Shown: piece by piece, positions 53,572 through 64,000 of the stretch | Position numbering within the stretch: the first letter of the stretch is position 1 | Layout: every line of letters starts with the position of its first letter | Origin: Squalus acanthias | Lineage: Eukaryota | Assembly (NCBI GenBank): GCA_030390025.1 | Contig: CM059432.1 | Coordinates: 16,618,001 to 16,682,000, forward strand | Direction of reading: 5' to 3' | Length of the DNA stretch: 64,000 nucleotides | Made by a program: the position numbers and the translations under genes | Notes under the pieces: generated by a model | What the model was told of the DNA's origin: nothing | The model's database searches: none | What the model saw: the letters and a program-made list of their open reading frames with translations, nothing else

Positions 53572-54409
53572 CTGAAAATAAGCACAAAGTAGTGTTATTG
53601 TCATAACTTCTCACAGCTGCCAGTTCCCGTCAGGACACTCGGTCACATTCTGCAGATGTCAAGGGTCAAACCCCCAACACATCATCACGAACAGTCAATA
53701 GGGGTGAGACTTGTCCAACTGCTGTCTCTGTTTCTTGTGCACAAACCACTGACAACTCAGTGTCAGTGATTTGACAAACAAGAAACAGATATACTGTGCA
53801 AAAACAAATAGTGTCGGAGAAAGCAATCCAGTAGGGAAGGTAATTTTGAAGATTAACCACAAACCATCCACTTCTGTTTATACAAAAATATACAATATAC
53901 AATGCAAAATCAACAATTGGGATCTGTGAACAAAGTCAATTACGCTTTCTCGCAAATAAATTGTCCTGCAGATTATTAGCTCAGCCAGCTCTGAAGCACT
54001 GATGAGTTGTGCAGGCTTCTGCACACTGGTGGACTATAAGAGTAGGATAGTTAGAAAAATTCTCCTGGAATACAAATTGAAAACTTGAAGTGTGAGTAAA
54101 AAATTGCTAGCAATATCTTCAATTAACACTTTTCAATGAGACAAAATTAAACGCTAAAATAACTGGAAGGATTTTATTTAAAAAAAAGCATCGAATACAT
54201 ATGCTTTCTCACTTATTTACAATGTACTCACACAGCCATCTTCCTTTATTTAAAAAAAATGAACAGTTGCTGATAACTTAAGTGGTCAGGTACAATTATT
54301 ATGCTTCAAAATGACAAAATGGATTTCAAATTTACTATGATCAACATATTGGCTGGCATATTTGTTAAGTAAAAAAAAAAATGAACGAGGTTTACAATTC
54401 GAGACTTTC

Positions 54410-54947
54410 GGAGGTAGAAATCGGTCCTTGTTGCGCCGGTTTTCCAGTAGAAAAGCAGGGACAAAAAATTACCAATTTCACAGGGCTATGCCCCAAGGAC
54501 ACCTGAAATACGCCAAACACCTCAAGATGATTTTCAAGCGTCTCGGGGACCGGCTTAAACAGGGCCCCTTGTATGTGCTAATGAGGGGCTTAACACCTGT
54601 TTGAGGACCCCTCAGCAAAATTCGTCAGCACAGAGCGAAAAAGCGGGCACTGGGCCTGCTCCACTCCAGTGTTGATGGGATTGCTGTGGCCGAACAAGCG
54701 GCCGCAAACCAAAAGTATTTTCTTTTTACTTACCTTCCTGTGGAGCCGGGAGGACTGGCTCCAGCCCACCCTCCTACCAGGACTTACTTACAGACGTTGC
54801 CGGTGAGACAAGTGATCCAAATTGGATCGGGCCACACGGGCAAGCTGCCCAATTTTGGGCCAGCCTCAGGGCTCCCGGTTTGGGCCTGTGCTTTAAGTGC
54901 ACCGCCAGTTACGCGCCCAAAAACGGACCATAAAGAATTTCAACCCT
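54410..54947. mobile_element. Probable degenerate MITE with G-rich TIR (ggaggtagaaat / atttcaaccct)
   Basis: GC-rich island with imperfect terminal inverted repeats in AT-rich intron sequence. Confidence 0.45.
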
Positions 54948-55939
54948 TATATTTTGGAGATTTGATAAAACGCTGATCACTATTATACATAAAAATAAGA
55001 ATGTAAGAACATTCAAGTTACTGGACTTGTATGACCCAGCACAATACATGCTAACTAACAAAACTCGGAAAAGCTGACCAATAACTTCCAGAAAGCAAAC
55101 ACAGCTTCCATAAAGTTGACAACTCAAAAAATAAAGTACAGCTGAAAAACAGCCCTGAATAAAGGTCTGGGGCCGTGACCATTGCTTCATGACTACAATT
55201 TGTAAAACTTTTTGTTTTAATTACATTGCATTTCAGGATATGTATTGGTATTTTGAGATCCCATTCTGTAATTTCATTTGATGTTTTGTGGAAACTGAAA
55301 CCTGTGTGTGGAGCCTCAGTCACTAACAGGAGTTTCAAAGCTCCTAAAGACAGACAAAAGGTTTTTGACGCAGCTACATCTCCATTGAACAGTAAGAACT
55401 GCATTCATAGGTCTTCATTATTTAAATTACTTTAAGTGCCTTGGGATGTTTTCCTATGTTAAAGGTGCTATATAAATGCAAGTTTTGTTATTGTTTCCCT
55501 TCCCCAGTTTTTGGTGTCAGTCCATTCTTGGTGAGATCTTTAAAGACCAGACTGCAATCACTAATGGCTCTAATATGCTCTTCTTCATCGGTTTACTTCT
55601 CAGATTTGATTTGAGAATGCACACAAATGAAACACATACAGTCTAGCTGATCTTAGACTACAGATCCCTCCATTTACTCGATGTTCAAACTTGCTCAAGA
55701 ATAACTTTTCATTACATCAGGAGCTTTGAGCCAGCCTTATATACAGGTAGGGTTTCAATAACAATATAATGCATAGTTAAATGTAAATTGTTTTCAAGAC
55801 ACCTGTAACAGTTGCAGAGATGGTTTGATGTACTGTTGTGAAATTATACCCCAATGAAAGCAATTTTTTCAGAAAGAGAAAACACAAATAAAGAGTACAG
55901 GATAGCTGGCATTCTACACAATTTGAGGCTGGAACTTAC

Positions 55940-56047
55940 CTCCGATGCTCCAGCTATTTTTAACTGCAAAGTTCCTTTCCTGTCTTTATCATCACTGTTT
56001 GAATACTGAATGGTCTGTACCTGGTTGAAATTAGCCAGGTGAGTTGG
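55940..56047 (-). CDS. PTK2: PTK2/FAK coding exon (108 nt, phase 0-0), FERM F3 lobe: PTHLANFNQVQTIQYSNSDDKDRKGTLQLKIAGASE
   Basis: Translation closely matches vertebrate FAK (human, recalled: PTHLADFTQVQTIQYSNSEDKDRKGMLQLKIAGAPE). Minus-strand acceptor ttcttgttttacag and donor GAG|gtaagt. Confidence 0.97.
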
Positions 56048-57008
56048 CTGTAAAACAAGAAAAGTGCTCTTCAATTAGTTATAACAACTATAAAAGGCCA
56101 TGGTGTGTCCTTCCACCCCACCAAAAAAAACAGATGTCAAAGCTTTAATTATTATACTGTCTGAGATAGAATTTTCCACATAGCAAAAAAGATTTATCTA
56201 AATAATTTTTTTTTAAACTTGGCATATAAAATGCAGGCAGGTCTCAAGTGTAATCACAAGGCATATGCTGGTACATATATAATTGAAGATTGCTGCCCAC
56301 TGACTCCGTCCCAATGTCCTTGAGGGTCCATGGTTCCAGATGTAGATATTTCCCAGATGTGAATAAAAATAAATAGATTGAATGCCATAATGTACTTCAA
56401 CCTACATACCCTGATGACCAGTTATAGATCGGCACTGACAAATGCCTGGGAGGCCATCTATCTGCCCTGCTGGATGGGAAATGGCACTTATCTATTATTA
56501 CATACATACATACATAATGTGTGCGTGTATGATTATACACACAATCTCGATTATAAGTATCAACAGGACTAAATGAGAGTTACCATGAAAATGAGAAAAT
56601 CTGGTAAAGCTGCAGTGACTAAAAAGGTACTGAAACTGCTACATCACTTGTATTAAGCTAGATATATGACTTTGAAACAAGCTGACATTTGAAAATATGT
56701 AGAGTTGGCAATATAAAGAATGAAAAGGTAAAATCCAGGGTTAACCTCAGGGAAATACGAGAAGTGTGAAGTGGAAAAAATTGATGTTTAAAAATGGGGC
56801 TTTTGATTTCTGGGTTCCTCCTTGCTAATGAATGAACAAACTTGTATTTGTAAAGCGCCTTTTATGACTTCAGGATATTCCAAAGTGCTTCACAGCCGAT
56901 TAAATACTTTTGTAGCGTTGTCATGTAGGTAAATGCAGCAACTAATTTGCACACAGCAAGTCCCCATAGACAGCAATGAGATAATGACTAGATCATTTGT
57001 TTTAGTGA

Positions 57009-57240
57009 AATAAAAACAGAAAATGCTGGAGATACTCAGCAGGTCAGGCAGCATCTGTGAAGAGAGAAACAGAGTTAATGTTTCAGGTCGATGACCTTTC
57101 GTCAGAACTGGTCGAAAAGTCATCGACCTGAAGCGTTAACTCTGTTTCTCTCTTCACAGATGCTGCCTGACCTGCTGAGTATCTCCAGCATTTTCTGTTT
57201 TTATTTCAGATTTCCAGCATCTGCAGTATTTTCTTTTTGT
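57009..57240. mobile_element. Palindromic Penelope-derived element
   Basis: Inverted arms. TSD atttgtttt(a/c)gtga at 56995-57008 and 57241-57254. Inserted into an older SINE/L2-tail fragment (about 56840-57300). Confidence 0.85.
57073..57110 (-). ncRNA. Minimal type-I hammerhead motif on the PTK2 sense strand, with a stem III variant
   Basis: Minus strand reads cagtt-CTGACGA-aaggtcatcgacct-GAAAC-ATT-aact. The G to A change breaks the ACGT palindrome. Confidence 0.55.
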
Positions 57241-57730
57241 ATTTGTTTTCGTGATGTTGTTTGAGCATTCGGTCTTGGCCAGGACACCGGGAGAACTTCC
57301 CTTCTCTACACACTAAAAAAAAATGGACGTTCAGTCTAAAACTTTATTTAAACTCGTGGAGCTATACATTCAGAAATGAAACAGGTAACACTTTTTAAAA
57401 ACCATAATTAGTCCATCTCACTCCAGATGGAAGTCTTGTTCAAAAAACAGATGAAAAAGTAAACCATAAAGCATGCTTGAAAATACAATGCAGTAAAATT
57501 TCTTTAAGGAAATCACAGTTAGAGCATCATGCTGAAGGACCCAATGTATTTTTTCTATTTTAGGGAATTGCCAAATTCTGTTCAAGAAAAACATACTGAT
57601 TAATATGTACTGAGATGCAATTTACCACAAATACATTTCTCAGAGAATTCAGTGAACTTTCAATCAAATTGGTGTTTCAATCAGCTACTATGACACAAAA
57701 CCAATCGTGAAACCAGACATATCCCTGTCA

Positions 57731-57962
57731 CAAGCAAAATACTGCGGATGCTGGAAATCCAAAATAAAAACAGAAAATGCTGGAAATACTCAGCAAGTCA
57801 GGCAGCATCTGTGGAGAGAGAAACAGAGTTAACGTTTCAGGTCGATGACCCTTCGTTCATTGACCGTTCTGACGAAGGGTCATCGACCTGAAACGTTAAC
57901 TTTTGTTTCTCTCTTCACAGATGTTGCCTGACCTGCTGAGTATTCCCAGCATTTTCTGTTTT
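57731..57962. mobile_element. Palindromic Penelope-derived element
   Basis: Inverted arms. TSD tatccctgtca at 57720-57730 and 57963-57973. Confidence 0.85.
57866..57900 (+). ncRNA. Minimal type-I hammerhead ribozyme motif
   Basis: gtt-CTGACGA-agggtcatcgacct-GAAAC-GTT-aac. Stem I GTT/AAC, stem II GGTC/GACC. Confidence 0.65.
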
Positions 57963-58854
57963 TATCCCTGTCAAAACTGTCTGCACGTTCCAAAAATGGC
58001 TATGACCTTGAAAGTGTGCATTGTTAGCTTTAGAAGCTGGTGATAGGATGACGTGCTGAGGCACTCTCCTTGCACTGAGACCAACGTCAGGGGCACTCTA
58101 TTTATCGCAGAGAGAGCCAGTCACCCTATTATCAGCAGTTGGGGTCAAAGGACAGGGGCCTTCCCTGAGCGGTAACCAGCCAAGCAGTTTCCCAGAGTGG
58201 AAACCAGGACTTAAAAAATGCAAGAGCATTCTGATGAGAAGCCAGGTACGAATAGAATTCATTTCATAAAAAGATGCAATGCTGTACTCCTGCAATCTAC
58301 ACTGCAATTATAATTGACCAGTCTTTAACTAAAGCAGCAGAGTCTGGGGAAATTCAATGCGCTTTATGCTTAAGGAATCAAAACATCTCTCCCCACAGAA
58401 ATTCCTTTAAGTTGACTGGGCAGTATTATAAGCAATATTTTTATAGCCATAATTAATATGCTCCACAAGATGGCGCTCCAAACAAAGTATCACAGTTGTG
58501 TGGTTATGGTTGGAATTGCATGTTAAGAACAAAAAATAGCCATTAAAATGCACAGTACTGGCTTGTGATCTTTGAACGACTCTATATTGCAGTAAATAAG
58601 TTTACAGTAAACATTTTGTACTTAGAAGAATGTAAAGAGCTCATATCAGTCAGGTCTTCCACACAAATTAACTGCAGCAAATGTCAATGCACAGAGAAGT
58701 AATGGGCTCTTCCTAAATGAGAACAAAATGTTATTAAATGAGACTAGCATTTTGTTTATTCAATCAGATGCACTCAGAATGGACCATTGTCCTGACTTTC
58801 ATAAAAATGAAACTTCTCTGTATTTCAATGTTCAGGTGATACAAATATCACCTG

Positions 58855-59560
58855 GGCCTGGATTGAAATAGCAGACAAGAAAATTGCGGAATTTAAAAGG
58901 TAAGTGAGTTACGCCCATAACCACTTATGCTCAAGTTTCCGTGATCTTTTACACTGGTTCAAAAGTCCATTCGCCCGAAGCAGTCCCAGTCCACAAAACT
59001 GCCCACGACCCCAGGACGGCATGCCGAGTTTTCACCGATTGCGCCCGTTCAGGGGGTGTTTTTATCATATTGAGCCCAGAATTGAGAGTGCACAGGCACC
59101 CGTGGTCAAATTAATCCATCATTAATGACCTGCAGCTTGCAGTGACCAGCAGTCAATTGACTCAGGTCTGTTTGTCATACCGATGCTACAATTACTTCAA
59201 ATTCAGTTTAAATGAGTTCAAATTCAGTCAATTGATCTGCCCTTGATACACAAGACCTGTGACCAGCAGTCAACTGAAATCATTGATTGGCCTGTTTCTT
59301 TAGCCACAGATATTCCTTGAAGACATTTTCAGTTTAAATTAATTTAATTTAGTAATCTTAAGGCTCCATTGGCCATGTTCCAGTCAATAATCAATTACGT
59401 TCAATAATGCGTCTCGACTGCGCTGAATCGTGGGAGATATTACATTTGGACTAATGCAAAATGGAAACCTGGGCGTAACTTAACCTTGGCAAAACCGGCG
59501 CAGGGTCCGGTGCATTACTGCCACATTTTTCCAATTGGGTCCCAGCAGAAACTCCAGGCC
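58855..59560. mobile_element. Possible degenerate MITE with GGCCTGGA termini
   Basis: ggcctgga at the left end and tccaggcc at the right end, with GC-rich subterminal regions. Confidence 0.4.
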
Positions 59561-62290
59561 TTAATTATTATTTTTTTTTAAATACCCAAGTATAGAAATC
59601 AGAGGTAGCCAACAAAACATTTTTTAAAGATAAAACTGAAATTTTTTTTTTTTTTTTTGCATGAACCAAGCAAGTTATTTGTTTTGAAGTAAACCTTTCT
59701 GCCTCCCTTAGATAACTAAAGGATTAGGTTCTTAGCCGTAGTCTTGCATGCTATCAGAGAATGGAAGACCACAACAATGAAATAGAATGCTTGATTTTTT
59801 TTAAAATTCGTTTATGGGATGTGGGCGTCGCTGGCAAGGCCAGCATTTATTGCCTATCCCTAATTGCCCTTGACAAGGTGGTGGTGAGCCGCTTTCTTGA
59901 ACCTCTGCAGTCCGTGTGGCGAAGGTACTCCCACAGTGCTCTTAGGGAGGGAGTTCCAGGATTTTGATCCAGCGACGATGAAGGATCGGCGATATATTTC
60001 CAAGTCAAGATGGTGTGTGACTTGGAGGGGAACTTGGAGGTGGTGGTATTCCCATGCGCCTGCTGCCCTTGTCCTTCTAGGTGAAAGAGGTCGCAGGTTT
60101 GGGAGGTGCTGTTGAAGAAGCCTTGGCAAGTTGCTGCAGTGCATCTTTTAAGATGGTACACACTGCAGCCACGGTACATGGTGGTGGAGGGAGTGAATGT
60201 TTAAGGTGGTGGATGGGGTGCCAATCAAGCAGGCTGCTTTGTCCTGGATGGTGTCGAGCTTCGTGAGTGTTGTTGGAGCTGCACTCATCCAGGCAAGTGA
60301 AGAGTATTCCATCACACTCCTTACTTGTGCCTTGTAGATGGTGGAAAGGCTTTGGGGAGTCAGGAGGTGAGACACTGGCTGCAGAATACCTAGCCTCTGA
60401 CCTGCTCTTGCTTCCATAGTATTTATGTGGCTGGTCCAGTTAAGTTTCTGGTCAATGGTGACCCCCAGGATGTTGATGGTGGGGGATTCGCTGATGGTAA
60501 TGCAGTTGATTGTCAAGGGGCGGTAGTTAGACTCTCGCTTCTTGGAGATAGTCATTGCCTGGCACTTGTGTGGCGTGAATGTTACCTGCTACTTATCAGC
60601 CCAAACCTGAATGTCATCCAGGTCTTGTTGCATGCGGGCACGGACTGCTTCATTATCTGAGCTGTGAATGGCGCTGAACACTGTGCAGTCATCAGCGAAC
60701 ATCCCCATTTCTGACCTTATGTCGGAGGGAAGGTCATTGATGAAGCAGCTGAAGATGGTTGGGCCTAGGACACTGCCCTGAGGAACGCCTGCAGCGATGA
60801 TCTGGGGCTGTGATGATTGACCTTCAACCACCACAACCATCTTCCTTTGTGCTTGGTATGACTCCAGTGGAGTTTTCTCCCCGATTCCCATTGACTTCAG
60901 TTTTACTAGGTCTCCTCGATGCCACACCCAGTGAAATGCTGCCTTGATGTCAAGGGTAGTCATTTTCACCTCACCTCTAGAATTCAGCTCCTTTGTCCAT
61001 GTTTGGACCAAGGCTGTAATGAGGACAGGAGCCGAGTGGTCTTGGCAGAACCCAAACTGGGCATCAGTGAGCAGGTTATTGGTGAGTAAGTGCCACTTGA
61101 TAGCACTGTTGATGACACCTTCCATCACTTTGCTGATGATTGAGAGTAGACTGATGGGGCAGTAATTGGCCGGATTGGATTTGTCCTGCTTTTTGTGGAC
61201 AGGACATACCCGCTCAGTTTTCCACATTGTTGGATAGATGCCAGTGTTGTAGCTGTACTGGAACAGCTTGGCCAGAGGCGCGGCTAGTTCTGGAGCACAA
61301 GTCTGCAGCACGACAGCCGGGATGTTGTCGGGGCCCATAGCCTTTGCTGTATCCAGTGCGCTCAGCCGTTCATCGAAACCACGTGGAGTGAATTGAATTG
61401 GTTGAAGACTGGCTTCTGTGCTGTGGGGACCTCAGGAGTAGGCCGATATGGATCATCCATTCGGCACTTCTGGCTGAATATGGTTGCAAACGCTTCAGCC
61501 TTGTCTTATGCACTCACGTGCTGGGCTCCACCATCATTGAGGATGGGGATATTCATGGAGCCTCCTCCTCCCGTTAGTTGTTTAATGGTCCACCACCATT
61601 CACGAGTGGAAGTGGCAGGACTGCAGTGCTTTGATCTGATCCGTTGATTGTGGGATCGCTTAGCCCTGTCTATTTCATGCTGCCTCCACTTTTTAGCATG
61701 CATGTTGTCCTGTGTTGCAGCTTCCCCAGGTTGGCACCTCATTTTTAGGTATGCCTGGTGCTGCTCCAGGCATGCTCTTCTACACTCCTTATTGAACCAG
61801 GGTTGGTCCCCTGGCTTGATGGTAATGGTAGAGTAAGGGATATGCCGGGCCATGAGGTTACAGATTGGGGTGGAATACAATTCTGCTGCTGATGGCCCAC
61901 AGCGCCTCATGGATGCCCAGTTTTGAGCTGCTAGATCTGTTCTGAATCTATCCCATTTAGCAGCGTGGAAGTGCCACACAACATGATGGAGAGTATCCTC
62001 AGTGTGAAGACGGGACTTCGTCTCCACCATGACTGTGCGGTGGTCACTGCTACCAATACTGTCATGGACAGATGCATCTGCGACAGGTAGATTGGCGAGG
62101 ACGAGGTCAAGTAGGTTTTTCCCTCATGTTGGTTCTCTCATCACCTGTCGCAGGCCCAAGACTGGCAGCTATGTCCTTCAGGACTCGGCCAGCTGTGGTG
62201 CTACCGAGCCACTTTTGGTGATGGACTTTGAAGTCCCCCACCCAGAGTACATTTTGTGCTCTATCGACTCTCAGTGCTTCTTCCAAGTGT

Positions 62291-62832
62291 GAGAAGTCGC
62301 ACAACACCAGGTTATAGTCCAACAGTTTTATTTGAAATCACAAGCTTTCGGAGCGCTGCTCCTTCGTCAGGTGAAGTGAAGAGATGCATATAGGCACAGC
62401 ATATATAGTCAGAGAACACTGCCAGATGATTACAGTTAATCTTTCTAACTGCCCTTTATCACACCTCGGCAGAGAGATAATCACGGCAATCAAAGGTGTG
62501 GATGGTGTTCAAACAGGTCAGTCAGGAAAACATTACATCAATGACAATGAGGTGGGGTCACAAGGGGTCAAATGTGGCAGATGCTGGGGTCTGTTTGGAA
62601 AACAAAAAACTTTTTTTGCTGGAAATCACAGCAGGTCCGGCCGCATCTGTGTAGAGAGAACAAGCCAACGACGACTCGAGTCTGGATGACTCTACGTCAG
62701 GTGGGGTTACATGCAGCGTGACATGAACCCAAGATCCCAGTTGAGGCCGTCCTCATGGGTGCGGAACTTGGCTATCAGTTTCTGCTCGACAATTTTGCGT
62801 TGTTGTGTGTCTCGAAGGCCGCCTTGGAGAGT
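62291..62832 (-). mobile_element. Penelope-like element 3' fragment: GIY-YIG endonuclease C-terminus plus terminal repeat
   Basis: Minus strand encodes LQGGLRDTQQRKIVEQKLIAKFRTHEDGLNWDLGFM. TSD cttccaagtgt at 62280-62290 and 62833-62843. Contains a second pLTR-like piece at about 62578-62700. Confidence 0.85.
62339..62373 (-). ncRNA. Minimal type-I hammerhead ribozyme motif with intact core, on the PTK2 sense strand
   Basis: Minus strand reads (t)cac-CTGACGA-a-ggagc-agc-gctcc-GAAAG-CTT-gtg(a). Stem I TCAC/GTGA, stem II GGAGC/GCTCC, palindromic stem III AAGCTT. Confidence 0.75.
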
Positions 62833-64000
62833 CTTCCAAGTGTTCAACATGGAGGAGTACTGATTCATCAGCTGAGGGAGGGCGGTAGGTGGTAATCAGC
62901 AGGAGGTTTCCTTGCCCATGCTTGACCTGAAGCCATGAGACTTCATGGGGTCCGGAGTCAATGTTGAGGTCTCCCAGGGCCACTCCTTCCTGACTGTTTA
63001 CCACTGTGCCGCCACCCCTGGTGTGTCTGTCCTGCCGGTGAGACAGGACGTACCCAGGGATGGTGATGGAGGAGTTTGGGACATTGGCTGAAAGGTATGA
63101 TTCTTTAAGTGTGACAATGTCAGGCTGTTGCTTGACTAGTCTGTGGGACAGCTCTCCCAATTCTGGCACAAGTCTCCAGATGTTGGTGAGGAAGACTTTG
63201 CAGGGTCGACTGGGCTGAGTGTGCAGTTGTCGTGTCCGTAGCCGGTGCAGAGGTCGATGCCGGGTGGTTCATCCGGTTTTATTATTATTATTGTGTTTCG
63301 TAGCGCTTTGTTACAACTGAGTGGCTTGCTAGGCCATTTCAGAGGGCAGTTAAGAGTCAACCACATTGCATGCATACTATTTTAATGCATCACTCTAGGT
63401 TATCTTTTTTCAGTGCTACTGTTTCTAGTATATATCTGGGACATGTATACATTTTTAAAGGAAAGATCATTCTTTAAAAAAAAAAAAAAATTATTAGCAA
63501 AGAGAATAGTCTTCACGAACATTTGCTTTTCGAGTTTCCTTTTGATTTTAGTGATGCCAATCAAATTCCTCACTGGGCATGTCTTAACATAGCAGTCAAG
63601 ATGCTAAACAAAACCTTGTGCAGTATGATTCATCTTAATTCGATGAGGAAGAGAAAAAAATCTTGTTGGACCAGTATCAGTTCGCAGAAACACATCTATG
63701 AACTGATAAACCATTAACAGTGAGTACAGAAAAATAACACAGTTATACTGATAAAGCTCAGTGGGTAATGGTCCATACGGTGACACTGAACCCTACAGAT
63801 CAGGTTCAAACTCTTATCTCTGCTGAAGCAGAAACAGAAAATACTGAAGATATACAGTAGTTCTATCAGCTTTTGTACAGATAATAGATGGAATTAATAT
63901 CTCAGGTAAAACATTTTGCCTACGCTCAAATAAACCTACCTTTTCACTTTATAAACGCTAACAGACTTGCTGCTTTTTCAATCAGGTTTCAACATTTACA

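Larger units (their letters stand above)
59805..63370 (-). mobile_element. Long CR1-clade family B copy (APE + RT + 3' tail) interrupted by a Penelope fragment
   Basis: PDIVTLKESYL, TTYRPPS, WVGDF.VHH (APE). [30 protein letters not shown] (RT). Confidence 0.93.

Noticed and set aside
56048..64000. Preceding PTK2 exon (SSWIISVELAIGPEEGISYLTDKG-like)
   Set aside because: Not found by eye; probably beyond the right edge of the window.

Overview
Eukaryotic (vertebrate) genomic DNA, most likely from a shark or other elasmobranch, judged from HE1-type V-SINEs and dense CR1 LINEs. The whole window lies inside PTK2 (focal adhesion kinase, FAK), transcribed on the minus strand. Six exons splice in frame. 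Four are constitutive: the end of the FERM domain and the FERM-kinase linker, including a 31-nt exon. Two are alternative FAK linker exons just upstream of the Tyr397 exon: an 81-nt 'box 28' homolog and the 18-nt 'box 6' DEISGD microexon. The Tyr397 exon itself was not found and probably lies left of base 1. The introns hold many decayed mobile elements: two CR1-clade LINE families (often nested), L2 fragments, V-SINEs, a degenerate Harbinger, Harbinger-like and Tc1/mariner MITEs, and Penelope-like elements. The most unusual signal is a set of short, TSD-flanked palindromic Penelope-derived insertions carrying minimal type-I hammerhead ribozyme motifs. Some of these motifs lie on the PTK2 pre-mRNA strand. 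Most ORFs in the supplied track are transposon remnants or spurious. Coordinates were counted by hand and repeat boundaries are approximate.
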